DNA of 64,000 bases, from contig CAZEQY010000008.1 of assembly GCA_964514655.1 (NCBI GenBank), positions 2,631-66,630 of the forward strand, written 5' to 3'. Every line of letters starts with the position of its first letter. Positions within the stretch are counted from its first letter, which is position 1. The DNA is from an uncultured bacterium. Its GTDB lineage: Bacteria > Chlamydiota > Chlamydiia > Chlamydiales > FEN-1388. This document shows, piece after piece, positions 19,234 through 28,410 of this stretch. Made by a program: the position numbers and the translations under genes. Under the pieces are notes generated by a model, which saw only the letters and a list, made by a program, of their open reading frames with translations, did not search any database and had not been told where the DNA came from.

Positions 19234-19248
19234 AACACTTTCTCCCTT

Positions 19249-19926
19249 TTACGATAATTTTGATAGTAGTTCTTCTGCCCATGGCTCGTGCTTATGCTCT
19301 AGAGCATACTCTATGCCAAGTTGACATGCTTTTGAGGCGCTCTCTTCATTTGCAAGCTTTAAATAGGCATCCTTAATGCAAAGATAGGCATCGGCCTTTG
19401 TGGGGTCTAAGTCTAAAGCACTTGCGTAAGCTTCAATGCCTGAGAGATAGTCAGAAAGCTCACAGCAGGTAAAGCCAAAGTTTAGCCAAGCTTCCCGAAA
19501 ATGGGGCGCAATTGTCACAATAAACAAATAGGCTTCATAGCCATCTTCTATATGGCCACGCTCCACTATCGTGTGAGCGGCATTATAAAGCGCAATAAGT
19601 TCCTTAGGCGTATAGCCAAAAAGCTCATAGAGCTCTCTTCCTTCAGACCAGTACTGAACAAGCTTTTCGACACTATCTACCTCAGAAAGCTTGCGAAAAT
19701 CAAAAACAAATGGGGTCATATCGACCTTTGATTTTTCAAGCTCACTTAGTAACAGCTCATAGCCGTGCAAAAAGTGCTCTTTAGTGGAGTGAAGATACTC
19801 TGAGAGCTTTTTGCGAAATTTTTCGGCATATGCATCAAATGACTCTAGCTGAGAGGAATAAGTAGCCTTTTCACTCTCTAGAGCAAGGTCAATATAGTGG
19901 TTTATTGCCTGGTCAAACTCTTGCAT
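19249..19926 (-). CDS. type III secretion class II (LcrH/SycD/Scc2-like) TPR chaperone
   Basis: 225 aa. The C-terminal half LIALYNAAHTIVERGHIEDGYEAYLFIVTIAPHFREAWLNFGFTCCELSDYLSGIEAYASALDLDPTKADAYL aligns by eye to the SycD/LcrH TPR core. The N-terminal ~100-aa extension is as in chlamydial Scc2/Scc3. Confidence 0.62.
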   Translation of the reverse strand: MQEFDQAINHYIDLALESEKATYSSQLESFDAYAEKFRKKLSEYLHSTKEHFLHGYELLLSELEKSKVDMTPFVFDFRKLSEVDSVEKLVQYWSEGRELYELFGYTPKELIALYNAAHTIVERGHIEDGYEAYLFIVTIAPHFREAWLNFGFTCCELSDYLSGIEAYASALDLDPTKADAYLCIKDAYLKLANEESASKACQLGIEYALEHKHEPWAEELLSKLS

Positions 19927-19982
19927 AAAGCAACCTCCCGGCTCACCATCATTATACTAATTAATTTAATTTATGGGAAGAA

Positions 19983-20294
19983 CTAGCGAGGCCTTTGGTC
20001 GTTAGAGGGCTCTGTACGCTCTGTTTTGAGCTTGCGTATGATGTTTTTGGCACGTTTTTTATCAAAAGTATCATCATCTCGGCCATTAGAAGGAAGAATA
20101 GCCACTCGAGAGACGTAGTAGCGATTAACATTAATTTCACGAAAGAAGGCTGATCCCCCACCAATCTGCGAAGCTAAAGCTGCAGTACGGGCAAATAGCT
20201 CACTCTGAGGTTTGACACTTGGCGGCTCGATATTCTCCTTAAAAGCCATCATCGCCTGAACGGCTTGAGCGCCTGAAGAAAAACTCATTGTCAT
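19983..20294 (-). CDS. small hypothetical protein (possible T3S substrate)
   Basis: The ATG at 20294 is 8 nt downstream of GGAGG (cctcc 20303-20307). N-terminus MTMSFSSGAQAVQAMMAF. It is the first gene of the minus-strand cluster with the TPR chaperone. Confidence 0.42.
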   Translation of the reverse strand: MTMSFSSGAQAVQAMMAFKENIEPPSVKPQSELFARTAALASQIGGGSAFFREINVNRYYVSRVAILPSNGRDDDTFDKKRAKNIIRKLKTERTEPSNDQRPR

Positions 20295-20352
20295 ACTATC
20301 CACCTCCTTTCTTATCTTTTAGAAAAAGTATTATATACCACTTGCCATATTG

Positions 20353-20381
20353 TTGTCAATATATAACCATATGCGTACAAT
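20353..20381 (+). promoter_or_regulatory. sigma-70-like promoter upstream of nagB
   Basis: TTGTCA (20353-20358), a 17-nt spacer, then TACAAT (20376-20381), about 30 nt upstream of the nagB start. Confidence 0.45.
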
Positions 20382-20409
20382 GCAGCCTCATTTAAACTAG
20401 GAGATGTTT

Positions 20410-21339
20410 ATGATGCGCTCTATTCTTGTAGCAATTGTGTTTATGTGCAGTGCCCCCCTGTTTGCGGCTGAGCACCCCATTTGTATATCCCTATTTTCTG
20501 ATGCCGAAGTCTTGGGAAATAATGCAGCCGAGCGCATTGTAGAAGTTATTAAAGAAAAGCAGCAAGCAGGCCAAACTTCTATCGTCTTAGGGCTCGCTAC
20601 CGGAAACTCACCTATCCCCACCTATAGAGCACTACGAAAGATCTTTAAAGAGACACTACTTGATCTTTCTTCAGTCACCACTATAAACCTCGACGAATAT
20701 ATCGGCCTTGCAACAGAACATCCACAATCGTATCACACCTTTATGTTTAACGAGCTATTTAATGAACTCGTTGCAACCCCTGAAAACCCTCGCGGAATTA
20801 AACGCGAAAACATTCACATCCCAAAAGGTGCCCTACAAACAGAACGAGACCTTTCACAAGATGAGCGCGCACTACTCAATGCACAGTTTCCTGGACCGAC
20901 AGGCAACCTTACTAAGCAAGAACAAATACTCGTTGCAGAGCATCGCGCAAACGCCTATGAAGCCCTTATAAAGCAAGTTGGCCCTATCGACTTACAGATA
21001 CTAGGCATAGGCAGAAATGGCCATATTGGCTTTAGCGAACCAGGAACCCCCTTTGACTCAACGACCATGGTAGCAAAACTCACTGACAATACAAGAAGCG
21101 TAAATGCCGCCTTTTTTGATGGCAATATACAAGAAGTTCCTGAATTTGCCATCACGATGGGCATTCATACTATCTTGCAGGCAAAAGAAATTCTCTTAAT
21201 TGCTACCGGACAAAGTAAAGCAGAGATCATCAGCAAAACGCTAACAAGCCCACTAGATCCCAGTATTCCTTGCACAAGTTTACGCCTACACCCACGTGTG
21301 TCATTTTATTTAGATAACGAAGCTGCAAGCAAGTTATGA
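20410..21339 (+). CDS. nagB: glucosamine-6-phosphate deaminase with an N-terminal signal-peptide-like extension
   Basis: NagB pattern LGLATGNSPIPTY, NLDEY, GIGRNGHIGFSEPG. AGGAG (20399-20403) is 6 nt before the ATG at 20410, giving MMRSILVAIVFMCSAPLFAAEHP... Confidence 0.88.
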   Translation: MMRSILVAIVFMCSAPLFAAEHPICISLFSDAEVLGNNAAERIVEVIKEKQQAGQTSIVLGLATGNSPIPTYRALRKIFKETLLDLSSVTTINLDEYIGLATEHPQSYHTFMFNELFNELVATPENPRGIKRENIHIPKGALQTERDLSQDERALLNAQFPGPTGNLTKQEQILVAEHRANAYEALIKQVGPIDLQILGIGRNGHIGFSEPGTPFDSTTMVAKLTDNTRSVNAAFFDGNIQEVPEFAITMGIHTILQAKEILLIATGQSKAEIISKTLTSPLDPSIPCTSLRLHPRVSFYLDNEAASKL

Positions 21340-22523
21340 ACTGCCTTATTTGGGCCTGTATCACCTTATTGTGCACTACTCTACAAGTGGATGCAAAGAT
21401 CTACCAGTTTATCAATGGTCGCATAGTTACCAATCACAGCATTGTTTGGGGCGATCTATGGATAAATGAAGGCAAGATCATTGCACCCTGTCAAGAAGCT
21501 GACGTTGTAGTAGATGTTGCAGGGCTCATAATAGCACCTGGGCTTATCGACTTACAGATTAACGGCGGCTTTGGCATTGACTTTACAGAAGAGCCTGAAC
21601 GAGTAGCTGAAGTAGCAAAGATACTTCCACAGTATGGTGTCACCTCTTTTCTTCCTACATGCATCACATCATCAAAAGAACAGTATCACTATTGCCTTAA
21701 GGCAATTCGCTCTACAATGCACGCTGTCCAAAAAGGCTCGCATATACTTGGGATTCATCTTGAAGGTCCATTTTTTAATCCTAAGCAAAAAGGAGCACAT
21801 AACGAAGCTCTTTTACAATCTTGCGACTGTGTAAAGATGCCCGATGAACTGTATGGACCACTTGATGAAGTAAAAATTGTAACACTAGCTCCGGAGCTTC
21901 CCGGAGCTGAAAATATTATCTCTCAGCTACATAAAAAAGGGATTGTGGTCTCTTGTGGCCATTCTTCAGCCACCTATGACGAGATGCAAAAGGCAATGAA
22001 CTGGGGCGTATGCTTTGCAACTCACCTTTTTAATGCTATGCGCCCCCTGCATCATCGCGAACCAGGAATTATTGGAGCCGTGCTAAGCAACAGGCAATTT
22101 ATGTATTCGGTTATTGGCGATCCCCACCATCTTCACCCAAAAGCACTTGATTTTGCCTATCGCCTAAATCCTGACGGCCTCGTTCTTGTAAGCGACGCTA
22201 TATCAGCTCTTGGCCTTCCACCCGGAAACTACCACTTAGGCACGATGCAGGTTGAAGTGCATGATGGCAAGGCAACCATCCTTGGCACAAACACCTTGGC
22301 AGGTAGCATCATTGCCCTAGATAGCGCCATGCGTTATCTTGTAGCCGCAACAGGCTGCTCAATAGTCGAAGCAATTGATGCTGCAACAATAAAGCCTGCC
22401 ACACTTCTTAACATCCAGCATCAAAAAGGAACACTTCAAGTAGGCAGAGATGCCGATTTTATCTTGCTTGATGACAATCTTCATGTCCATGCCACATATA
22501 TTGGTGGCCATCAGTTTAAATAG
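21336..22523 (+). CDS. nagA: N-acetylglucosamine-6-phosphate deacetylase
   Basis: 395 aa. Amidohydrolase pattern GLIDLQINGGFG, HLEGPF, GHSSATY, THLFNAM, GTLQVGRDADF. ATGA overlap with the nagB stop. The N-terminus MNCLIWACITLLCTTLQVDA is hydrophobic. Confidence 0.88.
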   Translation: MNCLIWACITLLCTTLQVDAKIYQFINGRIVTNHSIVWGDLWINEGKIIAPCQEADVVVDVAGLIIAPGLIDLQINGGFGIDFTEEPERVAEVAKILPQYGVTSFLPTCITSSKEQYHYCLKAIRSTMHAVQKGSHILGIHLEGPFFNPKQKGAHNEALLQSCDCVKMPDELYGPLDEVKIVTLAPELPGAENIISQLHKKGIVVSCGHSSATYDEMQKAMNWGVCFATHLFNAMRPLHHREPGIIGAVLSNRQFMYSVIGDPHHLHPKALDFAYRLNPDGLVLVSDAISALGLPPGNYHLGTMQVEVHDGKATILGTNTLAGSIIALDSAMRYLVAATGCSIVEAIDAATIKPATLLNIQHQKGTLQVGRDADFILLDDNLHVHATYIGGHQFK

Positions 22524-23886
22524 CTTTAGAAAAGGCTTTATGGCCGGATGGCTCATGTAGGTAAAAGTCAAAACACGAGGTGATGTTGCGGATAAATGGC
22601 TCTCCTTGCATGGTGGCATAGATCGCATGTTCTTCATCATGTACAAGGCCAAGAGCAATAAGAGGCTCTAAGCGTTTCCTTTCAAGCGTAAAGTAGGTGT
22701 CAAAAGGTGTTAGATAGCGGGCAAAAAACTGCTCTTTATCCACTCTAAAGTCGCACATCAAGCGCTCGACCACCCAGCGACGGATGCAATCATCTTGATG
22801 CAGCATTTTGCCGCGAAAGATAGGCAGTATGTCCTGATCTAACAAGCTATAATACTCACTAAGCTCCTTTACATTCTGAAAATAGCCATTTTGACTATAG
22901 CCAATAGCTGTAATGCCAAAGCTTAACAAGTCATCTGTGCCAAGCACCGTATACCCCTGAAAGTTTCTTCTCAGAGTCTTATTTTTGTAGGCTAGATACA
23001 TATCGTCTGTTGGTAAGGCAAAATGGTCCATGCCAATTGCCTTATACCCAGCTTCTACAAGGGCTTTTCTTGCCATGAGGTAGATGCGAAATTTTTCTTC
23101 TGTCGATGGGAGTGTATCTTCAGGTATTGCCTTTTGGTGCTCTTTTAGCCAGGGAATTTTCGCATAAGAAAAGAGCGACACTCGATCAGGATGAAGGTCT
23201 ATAATATCCTGTATTGTCTTTTGAAATGTACTAAGTGTCTGGTAAGGTAGTCCATAGATAAGATCAAGGCTTATGCCGGCAAACTGCAGGCTCCTTGCAA
23301 GGTCAAAGGTATATTTTGTCATCTCATAGCTTTGCCTTCTACGAACTGCTTCTTGCACCTTTTCGTTTGTATCTTGAACACCAAAGCTTACTCGGTTAAA
23401 ACCAAGATCATGTAAAAGATGCAGCTTTTCTCCCCTATCTTCAAAAACTGTTCTTGGGTCTATTTCGATGGCAATTTCAGCGGCATCAGTACATATAAAA
23501 TGTTCCTGTATAGTTGCTACAAGCTTTTTTAGTAGCTCACAAGATAGCTTGGTGGGAGTGCCTCCCCCAAAATGTAGCTGCAAAATGCGCTTTTTTTTGC
23601 CAATATGCTTAGCTACTAGGGCTATTTCCTTACTTAAGTATTCGACATAGCGCTCCTCATTTTCCGGCCTTCTATTGAGCACAACAGAGCAGCCACAAAA
23701 GAGGCACATCGTACGGCAAAATGGAATGTGAAAATAAAGTGCTATCGGAGTATCACGTTCAGCGAGTGTCTGAAGAGCTTTTGCATAATCTTCTGGCTGA
23801 AGCGGACCCCAACTTGGTGCTGTCGGATAGCTTGTATAGCGAGGAATCGGCTTATCAAGGCTACGTAAAAGCTCTACATTATCCAT
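22516..23886 (-). CDS. hemN: oxygen-independent coproporphyrinogen III oxidase (radical SAM)
   Basis: PRYTSYPTAP near the N-terminus and the radical-SAM motif YFHIPFCRTMCLFCGC. The ATG at 23886 is preferred over the TTG at 23904. It overlaps the hemE 3' end by 8 nt. Confidence 0.92.
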   Translation of the reverse strand: MDNVELLRSLDKPIPRYTSYPTAPSWGPLQPEDYAKALQTLAERDTPIALYFHIPFCRTMCLFCGCSVVLNRRPENEERYVEYLSKEIALVAKHIGKKKRILQLHFGGGTPTKLSCELLKKLVATIQEHFICTDAAEIAIEIDPRTVFEDRGEKLHLLHDLGFNRVSFGVQDTNEKVQEAVRRRQSYEMTKYTFDLARSLQFAGISLDLIYGLPYQTLSTFQKTIQDIIDLHPDRVSLFSYAKIPWLKEHQKAIPEDTLPSTEEKFRIYLMARKALVEAGYKAIGMDHFALPTDDMYLAYKNKTLRRNFQGYTVLGTDDLLSFGITAIGYSQNGYFQNVKELSEYYSLLDQDILPIFRGKMLHQDDCIRRWVVERLMCDFRVDKEQFFARYLTPFDTYFTLERKRLEPLIALGLVHDEEHAIYATMQGEPFIRNITSCFDFYLHEPSGHKAFSKAI

Positions 23887-24868
23887 AGGACTTAACCGCA
23901 GCAACTAGCGCCTCTACAGCCTCTCGCGGAGTGTTTTTAAGCACGCCATGACCTAAGTTACAGATGTAGGCTGGATCGTACTTCATAGAATCAAGTAGCT
24001 CTTTAGTCTTCGTTTCTACAACGCCCCGAGTCGTAAGCAAAAGTTCCGGATCTAAGTTGCCTTGTAGCACTAATGTAGGATGTTGCTTACGAAGTTCTTG
24101 TATATTCATCGTCCAGTCTACTGAAAGTACGTGAGGATGAATTGCAGATAGCTTTTCGATAGAGCTTCCGCGGCAAAAAAGGATGACAGGACATGGTTTT
24201 AGTCCTTTAAGGATTTTATCTAAGGGCCTTTTCACAAATCGCTCAAACTCATTTTCCCCAAGATAAATCGCCCAGCTATCAAAGATCTGAATAGCATCAA
24301 CTCCCCTATCAATCTGGGCGTTAAGATAGTCTATCGTACAATCTGCAAGCACATCAAGCAACTTGTCAAAAGATGCAGGGTCTTCTAAAAGCCATTTTTT
24401 TGTACGAGCTAAATCGCGATTTGACTTTCCTTCGATAAGGTAGCTTGCAAGTGTAAACGGAGCTCCTGCAAAGCCAATAAGAGGTACAGTCAGGCTCTTC
24501 TTTAAAAGCGATATTCCCTCAAGCACATACTCAAGCTTTGGCACTACTTCACTATAGGCTAAAGCTCTCCCTTGAGGCAGTGGATTGTCAATAATAGGCC
24601 CTTGAGCATCTTCAAAGCGAAGTGAAAACCCAAGTGCCTCTAAGATGAGTAAGATATCAGAAAAGACAATAGCCGCATCAAAGCCAAAGGCAGTAATTGG
24701 CTGATGCGTCACCTCACATATAAGCTCCGGCGTGTGGCAAATTGTCAAAAAGTCATAGCGCTTTCTCACAGCTTGGTATTCATGCATATAGCGCCCTGCC
24801 TGCCTCATCAGCCAAACAGGGGGCCTTTTTGCATAATTTTTGCCTGTAAGTGCATCTAAAAATAACAT
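23879..24868 (-). CDS. hemE: uroporphyrinogen decarboxylase
   Basis: 329 aa. URO-D signature PPVWLMRQAGRYMHEY. The gene begins 1 nt after the tkt stop. Confidence 0.95.
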   Translation of the reverse strand: MLFLDALTGKNYAKRPPVWLMRQAGRYMHEYQAVRKRYDFLTICHTPELICEVTHQPITAFGFDAAIVFSDILLILEALGFSLRFEDAQGPIIDNPLPQGRALAYSEVVPKLEYVLEGISLLKKSLTVPLIGFAGAPFTLASYLIEGKSNRDLARTKKWLLEDPASFDKLLDVLADCTIDYLNAQIDRGVDAIQIFDSWAIYLGENEFERFVKRPLDKILKGLKPCPVILFCRGSSIEKLSAIHPHVLSVDWTMNIQELRKQHPTLVLQGNLDPELLLTTRGVVETKTKELLDSMKYDPAYICNLGHGVLKNTPREAVEALVAAVKSYG

Positions 24869-24869
24869 C

Positions 24870-26894
24870 CTACAATAGCCGCTCTAAAATTGCATCCACA
24901 GTAAAGCCAAATTCTTTGGCTAAAACGCCTGCCGGTGCAGACGCACCAAAGCCTTCCATGCAAATTGGAATGCCGTCAAGGCCGATGTACTTATACCATG
25001 ACATATCGCCTGCTGCTTCTATACTTACGCGCTTGCCGATATCGCCGCCAAGAACTGAGTTTCTGTACTCTTCTGGTTGAAGGTCAAATAGCTCTGTGCA
25101 AGGCATTGAAACAACGCGCGTTGGCTTGCCAAGCTTTTCAAGCTCAACGGCAACTTCCATAGCAAGCGGAAGCTCTGATCCTGTTGCAATGAGGGTGAAG
25201 TTTGCTTTTGCACTTTCTTTCTTTACAATATAACCACCGCGACCTACGCCCTTGTCATAAGGAACCACAGTTTCTGCAAGGTCGGCCACATTTTGTCTTG
25301 AAAGGATGATGCATGTTGGGCCGTGGTATCTAAGCGCTGCTATCCATGCCATCTTTACTTCGTGAATGCCGCTTGGACGTATGACGTGAAGGTGTGGAAT
25401 AGCGCGAAGCGATGAAAGCTGCTCTATAGGCTGGTGTGTGGGGCCGTCTTCTCCCAAAAATATAGAGTCGTGAGTAAATTGATAAATCACCTTTCGCTTC
25501 ATAAGTGCTGCAAGGCGTATCGCGTTACGCATATAGTCTGAAAAGGTCAAAAAGGTGCCAATGTAGGGAACAATCATGTGCGTCTGACGAAGCCCTGTTG
25601 CCATTGTCGCCATGCCAAACTCGCGAACGCCAAACTTGATGTTTCGCCCTTTAAAGTTTGATGGGGAGATAATTGGAAACTTCTTGAGCATTGTATAGTC
25701 TGAAGATGAAAGGTCTGCAGAACCGCTATAAATTTGCGGCATAAAGTCTGCTAAGAAGTTGGTAACATCTTGTGATGCCTTTCTTCCTGACGTTGGTCCT
25801 TTGATGGCAAGGGCATTGAGCTGTTCTTCAAGATCGCTCGGGGCCACATCTTGTCTCATCACGTCATACTCTTTTCGCTTTTCAGGATAGGTTCTTGACC
25901 AGCTTTCAAAATCCTTCTTCCATCGCTCTTCTTGGGCGATGTCTTCAGGTATTTTAGCTGCAAAAAAGTCTGTCACTGCTTGTGGAATATAAAAATCTTC
26001 TAGCGGTATTCCAAGAGCTTGTTTTGATGCTTTTACTTCGTCTTCACCAAGTGGTGAGCCGTGAGCTTTTGCACTTCCTGCTTTATGCGGTGAGCCTTTT
26101 CCGATAACTGTATGGCAGATGATCATCGTTGGGCGCGTTTGGTTTTGTTTCACATAGCTCAAGGTATTGTGAAGCTCATCAAAGCTATGGCCGTTTACTT
26201 CGTGCACATCCCAGCCATAAGAGATATATCGCATTTTTGTGTCTTCTGTGCAAGCATCTGAGAGTGGTCCGTCAAGAGAGATCTGGTTTGAGTCGTAAAG
26301 AACGATTAGGTTATCAATTTTAAGGTGACCTGCAATAGAAGAGACTTCTGATGTGCAGCCTTCCATGATGCAGCCATCTGACACAAGCACGTAAACCTTG
26401 TTATCAAAAATTTTATACTCAGGGGTATTAAATTTTTCTGCCAAAATCTTATAGGCAAGGGCCATGCCCACGCCGTTGCCGAGGCCTTGTCCAAGAGGAC
26501 CTGTTGTGGTCTCGACACCATCTGTCTCCAAAGATTCTGGGTGGCCGGGTGTTACCGAATGCAGCTGGCGAAAGTTTTTGATATCTTCTAACGAAACGTT
26601 AAAACCGGCAAGGTGCAAGCAGGAATAGAGCAGCATAGAGCCATGGCCTGCTGATAAAATAAAGATATCACGATTTGCCCAGTGCGAATTTTTTGGATTA
26701 TAGCGCATGGCATACCCATACAAGTAGGCCCCCATTTCTGCGCAGCCCATAGGAAGTCCCGGGTGGCCAGAATCTGCCTTCTGCACGGCGTCCATGGACA
26801 AGCCGCGTATAGTGTTTGCAACCTTAGCAAGCATCTCTTTAGATGCCTCATCAAGAGGTTTTTCCAATTTAAAATCTTCTACATGGTGTGCCAT
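24870..26894 (-). CDS. tkt: transketolase
   Basis: Start at ATG 26894 (MAHHVEDFKLEKPL...). SGHPGLPMG, the TPP motif GDGCIMEG-like (VSDGCIMEGCTSE), and FGVREFGMA. The 89 upstream codons of ORF ..27161 are rejected. Confidence 0.95.
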   Translation of the reverse strand: MAHHVEDFKLEKPLDEASKEMLAKVANTIRGLSMDAVQKADSGHPGLPMGCAEMGAYLYGYAMRYNPKNSHWANRDIFILSAGHGSMLLYSCLHLAGFNVSLEDIKNFRQLHSVTPGHPESLETDGVETTTGPLGQGLGNGVGMALAYKILAEKFNTPEYKIFDNKVYVLVSDGCIMEGCTSEVSSIAGHLKIDNLIVLYDSNQISLDGPLSDACTEDTKMRYISYGWDVHEVNGHSFDELHNTLSYVKQNQTRPTMIICHTVIGKGSPHKAGSAKAHGSPLGEDEVKASKQALGIPLEDFYIPQAVTDFFAAKIPEDIAQEERWKKDFESWSRTYPEKRKEYDVMRQDVAPSDLEEQLNALAIKGPTSGRKASQDVTNFLADFMPQIYSGSADLSSSDYTMLKKFPIISPSNFKGRNIKFGVREFGMATMATGLRQTHMIVPYIGTFLTFSDYMRNAIRLAALMKRKVIYQFTHDSIFLGEDGPTHQPIEQLSSLRAIPHLHVIRPSGIHEVKMAWIAALRYHGPTCIILSRQNVADLAETVVPYDKGVGRGGYIVKKESAKANFTLIATGSELPLAMEVAVELEKLGKPTRVVSMPCTELFDLQPEEYRNSVLGGDIGKRVSIEAAGDMSWYKYIGLDGIPICMEGFGASAPAGVLAKEFGFTVDAILERLL

Positions 26895-26987
26895 AGGTAT
26901 ATTTCCAGTTGAAATGTAACTTGTTAATAGAGTAAGAAAATAGTAATCTCGTGCCGAGAATGGTGCAACCAAAAAAAAGAGGTGGCT

Positions 26988-27830
26988 GTGTATCCAAGCG
27001 TTGTAGCTAACTTGCATACTGTTGTTTTGGCATCTTCTAAAGTAACCCAGGCAGTACAACTGCCAACTGCTACAATAGGCGGAGCTCTTACCCAAATCGC
27101 TTTTGGCAATAACCCCTTTGTTATCGTTGCGGCCTATGCAGTATGTGTGGTTCGCGCTCAATTAAAGTTATATCGACATGCACACAATATCAGACAATCT
27201 GTCCAACAGCTACAGAGATATTATAGAGATGAGTTACCACTTGCAACAGCGCTACTTATGCAAGAAACAGCGGCTAAAAAGGGCCTGCGTGGGAGCCTGT
27301 TGGCAACTGCTCCAAGCACCTTTTGCCAAAAATACCTCAAGGTAGAGCGCTTTATAGGACAACTTGGCACCCTTCTTGATTCAGGTGGCAGGTACGTTTT
27401 TGCACTTGTAGAAGTTGCCTGTGTGGCAAATCGCAATCCCTGGAGTAGAAAATTTACAGTCTCTTCAATAAGCCCGAACATTGCAGAGATTATTCAAGAG
27501 CTAAAACAAAAAGAGACTTTAGAATTTATTGCCTCTAACGAAGAAAGGGTCGATGCATTTTTACAAAAATGCCACCTTGGCATTAAAACAAAAGATTTAC
27601 TTGAAGCAATAAAGCCTCCTGCAGAACATGACCAACCCCCTCCACAAGCTGCAACTAGGCTCGTGGACCATGTGAAACATGCCTTTCACACAACCTTAGG
27701 ACTTGTGGGAATTCACTTACCATCATCTGGACGCCAAGAGGAGATACGAAATGACGATTCTAGCAATACTTGTCCGCCACGCCAAGGTACAGCTAACCCC
27801 CACGGAACCAGATTCTACTCCGCGGATTAG
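26988..27830 (+). CDS. hypothetical membrane protein with an N-terminal bilobed hydrophobic region (Inc-like)
   Basis: GTG at 26988, 5 nt after AGAGG. ATIGGALTQIAFGNNPFVIVAAYAVCVV is a hydrophobic hairpin. The rest is predicted helical with a Pro/Gln-rich tail. The last 80 nt overlap the next gene. Confidence 0.4.
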   Translation: MYPSVVANLHTVVLASSKVTQAVQLPTATIGGALTQIAFGNNPFVIVAAYAVCVVRAQLKLYRHAHNIRQSVQQLQRYYRDELPLATALLMQETAAKKGLRGSLLATAPSTFCQKYLKVERFIGQLGTLLDSGGRYVFALVEVACVANRNPWSRKFTVSSISPNIAEIIQELKQKETLEFIASNEERVDAFLQKCHLGIKTKDLLEAIKPPAEHDQPPPQAATRLVDHVKHAFHTTLGLVGIHLPSSGRQEEIRNDDSSNTCPPRQGTANPHGTRFYSAD

Positions 27831-28230
27831 CGAAAGCGGCCGCAAGATGCAGGCCTACATCATCGATGTTCTTAAAGATTTTGGTGTACAACCAACTGAA
27901 ATCTGGACCTCTCCCGTTGTTCGCGCTGTTGAAACTGCAGAACTCATCGGCAACGCCTTTGCCATCACCCCTCAGCAAGAAGTTGCCCTAGGAGAGCTAG
28001 AGATGTTTGACGAGCTTGAAGTAACAAACCACCTAGCTACAGTTGCTGATGGAAGCACGATCATTTTGGTAAGCCACGCCCCACAAATCGTACGCCTAAC
28101 AAGCTACTGGCTAGGCGGCAGGGCCTACAGCTCCTCTCCCCCAACAAGTTCCGCCACCCTCATCGAATTTCCCAACTCCGTCGCCCCCGGCAAAGGCCAA
28201 TTCGTCCGCCTTATTTCGTATTCGGGATAA
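27751..28230 (+). CDS. histidine phosphatase superfamily protein (SixA-like)
   Basis: ATG at 27751 after AAGAGGAGA. MTILAILVRHAK (R-H-x catalytic motif), SPVVRAVETAE and VSHAPQI fit SixA-type phosphohistidine phosphatases. Confidence 0.55.
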   Translation: MTILAILVRHAKVQLTPTEPDSTPRISESGRKMQAYIIDVLKDFGVQPTEIWTSPVVRAVETAELIGNAFAITPQQEVALGELEMFDELEVTNHLATVADGSTIILVSHAPQIVRLTSYWLGGRAYSSSPPTSSATLIEFPNSVAPGKGQFVRLISYSG

Positions 28231-28410
28231 ACTATACTGACCCCCTCGAGACGGAATGTTCTAGTTGACGTACAGTGAGGCCATGCATCCGGTCTCGGGC
28301 TCGGTCACGGTCTCGATAAAACAAAAAACGTACAAAGTCGAGGTGTTAAGTAATCTCCCGATCTCGTATAATTCTTCTCTTTATTATGATTATGATAGGA
28401 GTATAAAGGG

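Noticed and set aside
26895-27161. 89-codon N-terminal extension of the transketolase ORF (track start 27161).
   Set aside because: The extension has no similarity to Tkt and overlaps the divergent gene region. The conserved N-terminus starts at the ATG at 26894.
28367-28372. TATAAT hexamer upstream of alaS as a promoter.
   Set aside because: No convincing -35 element lies at 16-18 nt spacing, so it is not reported as a feature.
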